Virus record (IMG/VR): IMGVR_UViG_3300038566_000256
Location: 1 to 31,985 of that record
DNA length: 31,985 nt
Reading direction: 5' to 3' (one strand)
From: a virus
Part shown: positions 23,469-31,985 of the stretch, piece by piece
How the letters are laid out: each line of letters begins with the position of its first letter
Numbering within the stretch: position 1 is the stretch's first letter
The notes under the pieces: generated by a model
The model's database searches: none
What the model was told of the DNA's origin: nothing
Seen by the model: the letters and a program-made list of their open reading frames with translations, nothing else
Made by a program: the position numbers and the translations under genes

Positions 23469-24783
23469 ATTCACGCCCAAGCAACTTGAAGCGCGGTCAA
23501 TGCTGGCGTCAGTGTTCCAATTCTTCATGTTGTTCGGGGGTTCGCGTTCCGGCAAAACCTTTCTGGCTGTTTATGCGATTGTGATCCGCGCTTTGAAGGC
23601 ATCGGGTTCACGCCATGCGATTCTTCGCTTTCGCTTCAACGCCGTGAAGGCGTCAATCATCTTCGACACCTTTCCGAAGGTGATGTCGATTTGTTTCCCT
23701 GGCACCAAATACGATTTGAACAAAACCGATTGGATTGTGACGTTCGACAATGGTTCGCAAATCTGGTTTGGCGGTTTGGATGACAAAGAACGCACTGAAA
23801 AGATTCTTGGCCAGGAATTCGCGACGATCTATCTGAACGAATGTTCGCAAATACCCTGGCGGTCAGTCGGCATTGTCATCACCCGATTGGCGCAAAATTG
23901 CAATCAAGACGACGGTGTTCCGCTGAAGTTGCGAATGCTGTTTGACTGCAACCCGCCTGACAAGAACCATTGGACGTTTAAAGTGTTCGTTCAACAGCTT
24001 GATCCTGACACCAAACAACCGTTGCCGAATCGCCATTTGTACGGGTCGATTCAAATGAACCCAACCGACAACCTGGCGAACTTGCCGGCATCGTATATCG
24101 AAACCCTGGAAGGTTTGCCGGCGCATTTGCGAAAGCGTTTCCTTGAAGGCGAATTCAAGGATGCCAACCCGAACGCCCTGTTCAGTGAAGCCGCGATTGA
24201 ACAATATCGGGTTGAAGATTCGGCTGATTTGCCTGATTTAGCGCGGGTGGTGGTTGGCGTTGACCCGTCGGGCGCTGATGATGATAACAGCGAAGGCAAT
24301 GACGCGATCGGGATTTATATCGCCGCCCTTGGTGTTGATGGTAATGCGTACCTGATCGAAGACGCCACAATCAAAGCGGGGCCAGGTACATGGGGGAAAA
24401 TGGCGGTGTCGGCGTATCATCGACACGACGCCGATGTGATGGTTGGTGAACAGAACTTCGGCGGGGCAATGGTGAAGTTTGTCATTCAAACCGCTGATCG
24501 CAATGTGAACTATAAGATTGTAAACGCTTCCAGGGGTAAGGTTCAGCGCGCGGAACCGTTTTCGCCGTTGTTTGAAGACGGTCGGGTTCGAATTGTTGGC
24601 CGTCAGATTGAACTTGAAGAAGAATTGGGCGGGTTTTCAACAAACGGCTACACCGGCGAAAAGTCACCGAACCGCGCTGACGCGGCGATTTGGTGTTTGG
24701 CTGAATTGTTCCCGTCGGTTGTTGGGAAGCGCAAGAAGCAGCAGAAAAAAGCAAATCCTTTGCCTTCTGCAAATAAATGGTAG
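23455..24783 (+). CDS. terL: Terminase large subunit.
   Basis: The Walker A motif is FGGSRSGKTF and the Walker B motif is ATIYLNECSQ. The C-terminal nuclease region is VVGVDPSGADD...MVGEQNFGG. Confidence 0.9.
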   Translation: MPTFEFTPKQLEARSMLASVFQFFMLFGGSRSGKTFLAVYAIVIRALKASGSRHAILRFRFNAVKASIIFDTFPKVMSICFPGTKYDLNKTDWIVTFDNGSQIWFGGLDDKERTEKILGQEFATIYLNECSQIPWRSVGIVITRLAQNCNQDDGVPLKLRMLFDCNPPDKNHWTFKVFVQQLDPDTKQPLPNRHLYGSIQMNPTDNLANLPASYIETLEGLPAHLRKRFLEGEFKDANPNALFSEAAIEQYRVEDSADLPDLARVVVGVDPSGADDDNSEGNDAIGIYIAALGVDGNAYLIEDATIKAGPGTWGKMAVSAYHRHDADVMVGEQNFGGAMVKFVIQTADRNVNYKIVNASRGKVQRAEPFSPLFEDGRVRIVGRQIELEEELGGFSTNGYTGEKSPNRADAAIWCLAELFPSVVGKRKKQQKKANPLPSANKW

Positions 24784-24816
24784 ATAATACAAAATGATTG
24801 ATTATATTTTGGGTTT

Positions 24817-26865
24817 ATGCTAATGGCGAAAACGAAGGAACAGCGTCTTGCCGAAGTTCACGCTGAAGCATTGTCTGAATTTGACGATATTCAGGCGGCG
24901 CAACGTGACGAACGGCTTCAATGTCTGAAAGACCGCCGTTTCTATTCTATCGCCGGCGCCCAATGGGAAGGTGATTTGGGCGATCAATTCGAAAACAAAC
25001 CCAAATTTGAAGTCAACAAGATTCACCTGGCGGTCATTCGTATCATCAACGAATATCGCAACAATCGCATCACCGTCGATTTCGTCAGCAAAGACGGTTC
25101 CGACGCTGACAAGCTGGCCGACACATGCGACGGCCTTTATCGTGCCGATGAACAAGACAGTGGTGCCGACGAAGCCTATGACAACGCGTTTGAAGAAGCG
25201 GTTGGTGGTGGTTTCGGTGCTTGGCGCCTTCGCGCTGACTATGAAGACGAAGATGACGATGAAAACGATCATCAACGCATTTGTATTGAACCGATTTATG
25301 ACGCCGACACGTCGGTGTTCTTTGACCTGAACGCCAAGCGCCAGGATAAAGCCGACGCGCGTTCGTGTTATGTACTGTCGGCCATGTCGCCGGCGGCATA
25401 CGAAGATGAATGGGGCGATGATCCGGCAAGCTGGCCGAAAGGCATTACCCAAACCGAATTCGACTGGTCATCACCTGACGTTGTTTATGTGGCCGAATAT
25501 TATCGCGTCGAATATAAACGCGAAACAATCCACATTTACAAAACCCTTGATGGTGCTGAAGAACGTTATTCCGACACCGATTTCGCCAACGACGATGAAC
25601 TTGAAGAAACCCTGATTGCTATTGGTGCAACCAAGACCGGCGAAAAGAAGGTTCGTCGGAAGAAGGTTCACAAATACATTCTTTCAGGCGGCAAAATACT
25701 GGAAGATTGCGGCATCATTGCCGGTTGTCACATTCCCATTGTGCCGATGTACGGCAAACGCTGGTTCATTGACAACGTTGAACGTTGCATGGGTCATGTT
25801 CGCCTTGCCAAAGACGCCCAACGCCTGAAGAACATGCAATTGTCGAAGTTGGGCGAAATCAGCGCGTTGTCAACTGTTGAAAAACCAATCTTGGCACCCG
25901 AACAAGTCGCCGGTCACGAAATCATGTGGTCTGAAGACAACTTAAAGAATTATCCTTATTTGCTGTTGAATCCGCTGACCGATGACAACGGCAACATCGT
26001 TTCGACCGCGCCGAACGCGTACACCAAGCCGCCGCAAATACCGCCAGCAATGGCCGCATTGCTTCAGATTACCGAACAAGACATCAAAGACTTGCTTGGC
26101 AATCAACAGGCCGGTGAAGAAATTGTTTCGAACATTTCTGGCAAGGCGATCGAACTGATTCAAAACAAGTTGGACATGCAAACATTTATCTACATGTCGA
26201 ACATGGCCAAGGCAATCAAGCGTTCGGGTGAAATCTGGCTTGGTATGGCCAAAGACCTGTTTGTTGAAGATGGTCGCAAAATGAAGGTTGTCAGCCGCGA
26301 CTATGAAACCGACATGATCGAATTGAATCGGCCGGCGCTGAACGCTGAAAGCGGCGAAACCGAATATGAAAACGATTTGAGCAAAGCCAAGTTCGACATC
26401 GCGGTTGATGTCGGCCCGTCTTCCAGTTCGAAGCGTGCCGCGACCGTTCGCGCCATCACTGGAATGATGGCTGTCACCCAAGACCCACAAACAATGACCG
26501 TTTTGACTTCAATGGCCATGATGAACATGGAAGGCGAAGGGTTGAATGATGTTCGCGGATTCTTCCGCAACAAACTGGTTCAAATGGGTGTTGTCGAACC
26601 GACTGAACAAGAAGCGTTGGAAATGGCACAAGCCGCGCAAAATGCGCCGACCGATCCGAACGCTGTTTATTTGCAATCAGCCGCCGAAAATGAACAGGCG
26701 AAGGCCGCGAAAGCGCGTGCCGATACGATTCTGACGATTGCAAAAGCTGAAGAAACACAAGCCAAGACCGCCGAAACAATTGCCGGCATCGATCGCGATG
26801 ACCGAGAACAGTTGTTGAAGACGGCCGAAGCGGTGCGAAAAGCGGGAACCGCCCAACCGCTATAA
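24817..26865 (+). CDS. Portal protein, P22-type.
   Basis: Segments align by eye with the P22 portal: GGGFGAWRLRADYEDE, DKADARSCYVLSAMS, IAGCHIPIVPMYG and VRLAKDAQRLKNM. Confidence 0.9.
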   Translation: MLMAKTKEQRLAEVHAEALSEFDDIQAAQRDERLQCLKDRRFYSIAGAQWEGDLGDQFENKPKFEVNKIHLAVIRIINEYRNNRITVDFVSKDGSDADKLADTCDGLYRADEQDSGADEAYDNAFEEAVGGGFGAWRLRADYEDEDDDENDHQRICIEPIYDADTSVFFDLNAKRQDKADARSCYVLSAMSPAAYEDEWGDDPASWPKGITQTEFDWSSPDVVYVAEYYRVEYKRETIHIYKTLDGAEERYSDTDFANDDELEETLIAIGATKTGEKKVRRKKVHKYILSGGKILEDCGIIAGCHIPIVPMYGKRWFIDNVERCMGHVRLAKDAQRLKNMQLSKLGEISALSTVEKPILAPEQVAGHEIMWSEDNLKNYPYLLLNPLTDDNGNIVSTAPNAYTKPPQIPPAMAALLQITEQDIKDLLGNQQAGEEIVSNISGKAIELIQNKLDMQTFIYMSNMAKAIKRSGEIWLGMAKDLFVEDGRKMKVVSRDYETDMIELNRPALNAESGETEYENDLSKAKFDIAVDVGPSSSSKRAATVRAITGMMAVTQDPQTMTVLTSMAMMNMEGEGLNDVRGFFRNKLVQMGVVEPTEQEALEMAQAAQNAPTDPNAVYLQSAAENEQAKAAKARADTILTIAKAEETQAKTAETIAGIDRDDREQLLKTAEAVRKAGTAQPL

Positions 26866-26899
26866 AGTAAGCGGGTGAGTTAGAAAATGGGGTTTTAAC

Positions 26900-27826
26900 A
26901 TGAACAAACAGGCAGTGAAGATCGAAGACGACGATTTTGAATTACCGGAAGACGTTAATTTGGACGCCGGCGAAGACGAAGAAGTTGAAGATGACATTGA
27001 AGAAACCGTCGAAGATGACGATGATTCGGTTGATTCTGAACACGATTCTGAAGACGACGATGATTCCGAAGAAGATGACGAAGGTGACGACGATGAAGTT
27101 GTTGTTTCGATCGATGGGGAATCGCCGACCCAAGACGATGATGACAAAAAGGCACCTGGTTGGGTGCGTGATTTACGGAAAAGTCATCGGGAAACGCAAC
27201 GCGAAAATCGCGAACTGAAAGCCAAGCTGGAAGCCTTGTCGGGCGGCGATCAAAAGCCGGTTGAATTGGGCAAAAAGCCGACGCTTGAAGATTGCGACTA
27301 TGACACCGAAGTGTTTGATCAGCGTCTTGCTGATTGGTATGAAAAGAAACGTGAACACGACGACGCGGAAGCCAAAGCGCAAGAAGACCAGCGCAAGGGC
27401 GAACAGGAATGGCAAAACAATCTTGACAGCTACACCAAGAAAAAGGCCGACCTGAAGGTCAAGGATTTTGACGACGCTGAAGCATTTGTTCAGGATAATT
27501 TCAGCCAAATGCAACAAGGCATGATGATTCAGGGGGCCGAAAACCCCGCGTTGGTGTTTTATGCGTTGGGTAAAAACCCGAAGAAAGCGAAGGAATTGTC
27601 AGGCATCAAAGACCCCGTGAAGTTCGCCTTTGCGGTTGCTAAATTGGAGACTCAATTGAAAGTAACAAATCGAAAGGCGGCGACAAAGCCGGAAAAGACT
27701 ATTCGCGGAAATGCGAAACCGTCGGGTTCGGTTGACTCAACGTTGGAGCGGTTGCGCGCTGAAGCTGAAAAAACCGGTGACTATTCAAAAGTTCGTCGGT
27801 ATAAACAGCAAAAACGCGCCGGCTAA
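26900..27826 (+). CDS. Scaffolding protein candidate with an extreme poly-acidic N-terminal tract.
   Basis: It lies between portal and coat, as P22 gp8 does. The C-terminal part is helical and charged. About 75 N-terminal residues are dominated by Asp/Glu. Confidence 0.65.
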   Translation: MNKQAVKIEDDDFELPEDVNLDAGEDEEVEDDIEETVEDDDDSVDSEHDSEDDDDSEEDDEGDDDEVVVSIDGESPTQDDDDKKAPGWVRDLRKSHRETQRENRELKAKLEALSGGDQKPVELGKKPTLEDCDYDTEVFDQRLADWYEKKREHDDAEAKAQEDQRKGEQEWQNNLDSYTKKKADLKVKDFDDAEAFVQDNFSQMQQGMMIQGAENPALVFYALGKNPKKAKELSGIKDPVKFAFAVAKLETQLKVTNRKAATKPEKTIRGNAKPSGSVDSTLERLRAEAEKTGDYSKVRRYKQQKRAG

Positions 27827-27856
27827 AAACTTTTTAAATTTTAGGAGAACACGAAA

Positions 27857-29134
27857 ATGGCAAACGCATTTTCTAAAGAAGAACGCGTCGCGTTCGAAGA
27901 TATTCTGGAAGGTTTCAACGACGCGTTGGTTCTTTCCAAAAACGTTTCGGTTTATCAGACTGAAGGCGAAACAATGGAGCGTGCAAACGACACCATTTGG
28001 CGCCCGATGCCTTACATTGCCGAATCCATTGACGGCGCGGCCGGCACTGACATTTCGGCCAGCTTCAAAGACATGACCCAACTGTCGGTTCCGGCATCAC
28101 TTGGTTTCAACAAGACTGTTCCTTGGTCGCTGAACGCGAAAGAACTTCGCGACATGCTTCAAGAAGGTCGTCTTGGTGATGCCGCGAAGCTGAAACTGGC
28201 TAGTGACGTGAACGTTGCTTTGATGAACGTTGCGGCGAATCAGGGTTCACTTGTTGTTGCCCGTTCAGCCGCCGCCGCCGGATTCGACGACGTTGCGGAA
28301 TGTGAAGCAATTATGAACGAAATCGGCGTGCCTGGTTACGATCGTTATGCTGCATTCTCAACCCGTGATTACAACGGTCTTGCAAGCAACCTGGCGGGTC
28401 GTCAGAACGTGACTGATCTTCCGAAAACCGCTTATCAGAAAGCGTATGTCGGTCAGATTGCTTCGTTCGACACCTTCAAATTGGATTACGCCAACCGCCT
28501 GACAGCCGCCGCCGGCACCACTGTCACCGTGAACGGTGCGAACCAGTACCACACGCCAGCCGCAACTTCGACCGCTGCAACCGGCGAAGTCAGCAACGTT
28601 GACAACCGTTATCAAAACCTGACTGTTGCCGTTGTTTCTGGCACCATCAAGGCGGGTGACTGTTTCACCATCGCTGGCGTGAACGCTGTTCACATGATCA
28701 CCAAGCAAGACACCGGTCAGTTGAAGACTTTCCGCGTGATTGAAATTGTTTCTGGTGGTGGTGGTTCTGGCGTGATCAAGATCAGCCCCGCGATCATTTC
28801 GAACGGTGGTGGCACTGACGCTGAAGCGCAATATCAGAATGTCACCGCAACACCGGCCAACGGTGCGGCGATCACTTGGCTGAACATTGCTGACGCTTAT
28901 GTGAACCCATTCTGGCAGAAAGACGCGCTGGAAATCTTGCCTGGTCGTTACGTTGTTGACCCAAGTTCAGGCGTTGCCGTTATGCGCGGCACCACTGACC
29001 AGGGCATCGAAGTTTGCATGACCAAGCAATACGACATCAATACCATGAAGCACAAGTATCGCCTTGATACTCTGTTTGGGGTTGTTTGTAAGAACCCTGA
29101 AATGGCCGGTATTGAACTGTTCAGCCAAACCTAA
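27857..29134 (+). CDS. Major capsid protein, P22 gp5-type coat.
   Basis: ERANDTIWRPMPYIAES compares with P22 RSSNTIWMPVEQES. VDNRYQNLTVAVVSGTIKAGDCFTIAGV compares with P22 [27 protein letters not shown]. A strong GGAG ribosome-binding site is present. Confidence 0.9.
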   Translation: MANAFSKEERVAFEDILEGFNDALVLSKNVSVYQTEGETMERANDTIWRPMPYIAESIDGAAGTDISASFKDMTQLSVPASLGFNKTVPWSLNAKELRDMLQEGRLGDAAKLKLASDVNVALMNVAANQGSLVVARSAAAAGFDDVAECEAIMNEIGVPGYDRYAAFSTRDYNGLASNLAGRQNVTDLPKTAYQKAYVGQIASFDTFKLDYANRLTAAAGTTVTVNGANQYHTPAATSTAATGEVSNVDNRYQNLTVAVVSGTIKAGDCFTIAGVNAVHMITKQDTGQLKTFRVIEIVSGGGGSGVIKISPAIISNGGGTDAEAQYQNVTATPANGAAITWLNIADAYVNPFWQKDALEILPGRYVVDPSSGVAVMRGTTDQGIEVCMTKQYDINTMKHKYRLDTLFGVVCKNPEMAGIELFSQT

Positions 29135-29145
29135 TCGGTGATTGA

Positions 29146-29175
29146 AAAAGGGGCGACCGAAGCCGCCCCTTTTTC
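29146..29175 (+). terminator. Rho-independent terminator after the coat gene, potentially bidirectional.
   Basis: The sequence reads aaaaGGGGCGaccgaagcCGCCCCtttttc. A GC-rich stem is flanked by A and T runs. Confidence 0.75.
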
Positions 29176-29201
29176 AAACCCATTGACAACAAGGTGAGAT
29201 A

Positions 29202-29495
29202 ATGAAAAATCCAACTATGCTTTATTGCCACCCTGGTAAACACAAAATTCACGGCGATCTTTTCGATTACACAATTGTTGGCGAAGAATCTGTTGAAGAT
29301 GCGCTGAAAGACGGTTGGCACAAAACCACTGTTGAAGCCAAACAAGCAACTGAAGCCGAAATTGACACTGATGGAAACGGTCGCGTGACCAAGAAAGAAA
29401 TCGTCGCTAAACTGAAAGAACTTGGCGTTGAATTTGATTCGCGTGCCAGCAAAGCGGAACTTGAAGAAGTTCTGAACGAACACTTGCAAGATTAA
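29202..29495 (+). CDS. Small protein with an EF-hand-like loop and a C-terminal HeH/SAP-like helix pair.
   Basis: DTDGNGRVTKKE fits the 12-residue EF-hand loop, with D1, D3, N5, G6, a hydrophobic residue at position 8 and E12. KELGVEFDSRASKAELEEVL resembles HeH/Rho-N-type motifs. Confidence 0.5.
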   Translation: MKNPTMLYCHPGKHKIHGDLFDYTIVGEESVEDALKDGWHKTTVEAKQATEAEIDTDGNGRVTKKEIVAKLKELGVEFDSRASKAELEEVLNEHLQD

Positions 29496-29503
29496 AGGGG
29501 CGA

Positions 29504-29989
29504 ATGATGTCTTGGACAAAGCGACAATTCGTTGAAGCTGCATTCGAAGAAATCGGGTTGGCCGCTTATGTTTATGACTTGCAACCCGAACAAATGAACA
29601 TGGCGTTGCGTCGCCTTGATTCAATGATGGCGACTTGGAACAACAAAGGTGTTCGCCTTGGTTATCCTTTACCATCAACCGCCGGTGGAAGCGATCTTGA
29701 TGAAGAATCGGGTGTTCCTGATTCAGCAAATCAAGCGGTCATTCTGAATTTGGCCATTCAATTGGCACCAGGGTTCGGCAAGGCCGTTTCGCCCGACACC
29801 AAACGCAACGCCAAAGACGCGTTGAACGGTTTGTTGATGATCAGCGCGAAGCCGCCTGAAATGCAATTACCTGGTTCAATGCCTTCGGGCGCTGGAAACA
29901 AACCGCATCGCGGCGATAGTCGTGAATTTTTGGAAGGCCCAAGCGATCCGCTGTTGGCGGGTGATGACGGCGTTCTTGATTTTAGTTAA
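29504..29989 (+). CDS. Head-to-tail adaptor, P22 gp4-like.
   Basis: FVEAAFEEIGL...PEQMNMALRRLDSMMATWNNKGV...NLAIQLAPGFG...LPGSMPSGAGNK parallels P22 gp4 (LVRAALRKLGV...MQDAVDDLEAMMAEW...NLACRIAPDYA...SRMPTGSGNS). Confidence 0.75.
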   Translation: MMSWTKRQFVEAAFEEIGLAAYVYDLQPEQMNMALRRLDSMMATWNNKGVRLGYPLPSTAGGSDLDEESGVPDSANQAVILNLAIQLAPGFGKAVSPDTKRNAKDALNGLLMISAKPPEMQLPGSMPSGAGNKPHRGDSREFLEGPSDPLLAGDDGVLDFS

Positions 29990-30000
29990 AGGGGGTTAAG

Positions 30001-30474
30001 ATGCCACAAATCAACCGACTTTCAGCCGTTGATTCGCTTCAGGGCGGCGACCTGGTTCCGATTTTCGACCAAAGCAACGGTGACGCGCGTAAAGCGGCGA
30101 TGTCAGTCTTGCAACAGTACATGCAAGATAATTTGACGTTTCCTTCTTTTACGGGCGTTCAGGAATACACAACCCAACGTTCGGCACCTTCAGCGACGGG
30201 ATTCAATGTCGCGATCACTGACGGGAGCGACAACATTCATTTGATTTTGACGCCGACCGCCGGATTTGCGACCGGAACAATCACGCTTCCCGCTGTTGCC
30301 AATTGTGTCGACAAACAACGTGTTCTTGTGAATTGTACGCAACAAGTTACCGCGTTGACGATTGACGGAAACGGCGCGACGGCTGTCACCGGCGAACCAA
30401 CTTCGCTTGGCGCTGACGATTTCTTCACGTTGAAGTATGATGCCCAAACATCAACTTGGTACCGTGTGGGGTAA
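30001..30474 (+). CDS. Hypothetical tail-associated protein with a fibre-type N-terminal motif.
   Basis: MPQINRLSAVDSLQGGDLVPIFDQSNGDARKAAMSVLQQY resembles the conserved N-termini of many phage tail fibres. The gene is inserted between the gp4-like and gp10-like genes. Confidence 0.5.
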   Translation: MPQINRLSAVDSLQGGDLVPIFDQSNGDARKAAMSVLQQYMQDNLTFPSFTGVQEYTTQRSAPSATGFNVAITDGSDNIHLILTPTAGFATGTITLPAVANCVDKQRVLVNCTQQVTALTIDGNGATAVTGEPTSLGADDFFTLKYDAQTSTWYRVG

Positions 30475-30477
30475 TTG

Positions 30478-31878
30478 ATGCAAATTCCAATTTTGAACGG
30501 CATTTTTACCGACGAAAATTCCGACTTTCGAACAAGCTATCCGCGAAACATGGTGCCGGTTCCAAAGCAACAGGGGATCAGCAACGGGTATTTGCGGCCG
30601 GCTGACGGTGTTGTTCAATTTGGTATTGGCCCTGGTGTTGATCGCGGTGCAATCAATTGGAATGGTGTTTGTTACCGTGTGATGGGGACAAAACTTGTTA
30701 GTGTGTCAGCAAACGGAACCGTGACAGTTCTTGGTGATGTAGGCGGGAACGTTCAAGTGACGATGGATTATTCGTTTGATCGTTTGGCCATTGCATCGAA
30801 CGGTAAGTTGTTTTATTGGAACGGATCGGCGTTGACCCAAGTTACAGACCACGATCTTGGAACGGTTGTTGATTTCACATGGGTTGACGGTTATTTCATG
30901 TCGACTGATGGTGAATTCTTGATTGTAACCGACCTGGCCAACCCAACTTCTGTAAATCCGTTAAAATATGGTTCGTCAGAAGCCGATCCCGACCCAATCA
31001 AAGCTGTTTTGAAAGTTCGCAACGAACCGCACGCGCTGAATCGTTACACTATCGAAGCCTTCGACAATATCGGGGGTTCGACTTTCCCATTTCAACGCAT
31101 TGACGGCGCGCAAATTCAAAAAGGGGTTGTTGGAACACATGCGTGTTGTGTTTATATGGATGCAATCGCGTTTCTTGGCGGTGGTCGAAACGAAGCACCG
31201 GCGATTTGGATTGGTTTAAATGGTTCAACAACAAAATTGTCGACTAGGGAAATTGATCAAATCTTGTTGGGGTATAGCGAAGACCAACTTTCAACTGTTG
31301 TTTTTGAAAAACACCTGGAAGGTGGTCTTGATCACCTTTATGTTCGTTTACCTGACCAAACTTTGGTTTATGATGGCGCGGCGTCACAAGCTGTTGGTGA
31401 ACCGATTTGGTTTGTTCTGACAACCAGTGTTGTGGGAAAAGCCCAACATCGTGTTTCAAACCGCGTTTGGTGCTATGACAAATGGATTGTTGGCGATCCG
31501 CAAAGTTCGGCAATTGGTTATCAGACCGATGAAGTTTCAAGTCATTGGGGTCAGGTGATTGGTTGGGATTTTGGAACCGGTATTGTTTACAACGAAGGAC
31601 GCGGGGCGATTGTTCACGAACTCGAATTGGTTGCGTTGACCGGTCGCGCGGCTTTCGGCGACGACCCAACGATTTGGACACAATATTCCATTGACGGCGA
31701 AACCTGGTCAATGGAAAAACCAATAAAAGCCGGAAAAACCGGCGAACGAAACAAACGATTGATTTGGCTTCAACAAGGTACGCTTCGAAATTGGCGTGTT
31801 CAGCGTTTTCGTGGCACTAGTGACGCGCATTTGTCAGCGATTCGCCTTGAAGCACGCATTGAACCAATGGCGGTTTAA
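30478..31878 (+). CDS. Tail hub / packaged-DNA stabilisation protein, P22 gp10-like.
   Basis: The size (466 aa) matches gp10. MQIPILNGIFTDENSDFRTSYPRNMVPVP...GYLRPADG parallels P22 gp10 (MPIQQLPMMKG...DYLPVNMLATP...GYLRSFPG). The ATG at 30478 is preferred over the TTG at 30475. Confidence 0.75.
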   Translation: MQIPILNGIFTDENSDFRTSYPRNMVPVPKQQGISNGYLRPADGVVQFGIGPGVDRGAINWNGVCYRVMGTKLVSVSANGTVTVLGDVGGNVQVTMDYSFDRLAIASNGKLFYWNGSALTQVTDHDLGTVVDFTWVDGYFMSTDGEFLIVTDLANPTSVNPLKYGSSEADPDPIKAVLKVRNEPHALNRYTIEAFDNIGGSTFPFQRIDGAQIQKGVVGTHACCVYMDAIAFLGGGRNEAPAIWIGLNGSTTKLSTREIDQILLGYSEDQLSTVVFEKHLEGGLDHLYVRLPDQTLVYDGAASQAVGEPIWFVLTTSVVGKAQHRVSNRVWCYDKWIVGDPQSSAIGYQTDEVSSHWGQVIGWDFGTGIVYNEGRGAIVHELELVALTGRAAFGDDPTIWTQYSIDGETWSMEKPIKAGKTGERNKRLIWLQQGTLRNWRVQRFRGTSDAHLSAIRLEARIEPMAV

Positions 31879-31881
31879 TTT

Positions 31882-31985
31882 ATGGCTGATCCGCGTTCAC
31901 CTACACGCGCCGACCTGGCGAAATTTCTTCCCGATCAACGTTCAATTCGTGCGTTTGAAAAACTGTTTGAATTGATTCCCGATGA
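31882..31985 (+). CDS. 5' end of the tail needle/fibre gene, which continues at position 1 across the circular junction.
   Basis: The ATG at 31882 lies 3 nt after the stop of the gp10-like gene. It reads MADPRSPTRADLAKFLPDQRSIRAFEKLFELIPDE and is in frame with ORF 78..1208 through the 91-nt repeat. The 'MADP' N-terminus and the position after gp10 match P22 gp26. Confidence 0.8.
   Translation, partial: MADPRSPTRADLAKFLPDQRSIRAFEKLFELIPD
31895..31985. repeat. Terminal direct repeat, copy 2. Identical to 1..91.
   Basis: Same comparison as for copy 1. The unique genome length is 31,894 bp. Confidence 0.95.

Noticed and set aside
24820-25452. A 210-aa ORF antisense to the 5' part of the portal gene.
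   Set aside because: It lies wholly inside a confidently identified P22-type portal CDS. It has no ribosome-binding site, and its composition is typical of the antisense strand of an acidic coding region.
26860-27155. Ser-rich and Arg/His-rich minus-strand ORFs (26860..27147, 26942..27133 and 26955..27155) plus a plus-strand alternative-frame ORF (26937..27218).
   Set aside because: These are artefacts of the GA(N)-repeat DNA that encodes the poly-acidic tract of the scaffold candidate. Low-complexity sequence stays open in all frames.
29121-29729. A 202-aa minus-strand ORF across the coat terminator, the EF-hand ORF and the start of the gp4-like gene.
   Set aside because: It crosses a strong terminator hairpin and is antisense to the syntenic structural genes. 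The translated sequence has no recognisable features.
1-31985. tRNA or other structured RNA genes, a diversity-generating retroelement acting on the fibre/spike genes, and group I introns in thyX or the polymerase.
   Set aside because: I saw no cloverleaf-like region or non-coding gap large enough, apart from 22256-22557. There is no reverse-transcriptase ORF and no template/variable repeat pair. The thyX anomaly is a missing segment, not an insertion.

Overview
The window is a complete phage genome assembled as a circle. Bases 1..91 are identical to 31895..31985, so the unique length is 31,894 bp, and one gene (ATG at 31882) runs across the artificial junction into 1..1208.

The genome has two parts.

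(i) A rightward morphogenesis and lysis block runs from 22558, across the junction, to 10560. Its order matches Salmonella phage P22: small and large terminase, P22-type portal, scaffold, P22-type coat, gp4-like adaptor, gp10-like tail hub, a needle or fibre starting 'MADP', three ejection-protein-like ORFs, and a beta-helix tailspike. A holin/endolysin cassette and an HNH gene follow.

(ii) A leftward early/replication block runs from 19582 down to 10564. It encodes a DUF2800-like Cas4-type nuclease, a DHH phosphoesterase, ThyX, a DUF2815-like SSB, a compact family-B-like DNA polymerase, VRR-NUC, an AP2-HNH endonuclease, an SNF2 helicase and MazG. A short rightward Cro-like plus primase-polymerase/SF3-helicase unit (19651..22255) sits beside it.

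I found no integrase, CI-type repressor, tRNA, rRNA or CRISPR array.

The most unusual items are:
- a cupin-like/SET-domain fusion ORF inside the ejection-protein cluster, preceded by its own hairpin and TATAAT;
- a thyX gene whose conserved N-terminus lies in a different frame from its body;
- an AT-rich intergenic region flanked by six GGGGCGC repeats, a candidate ori or pac site;
- a conserved 15-nt promoter-like motif in the leftward operon;
- two free-standing homing-endonuclease genes;
- two translationally coupled small ORFs missing from the ORF track.

All homology statements come from motif recognition by eye, not from database searches.
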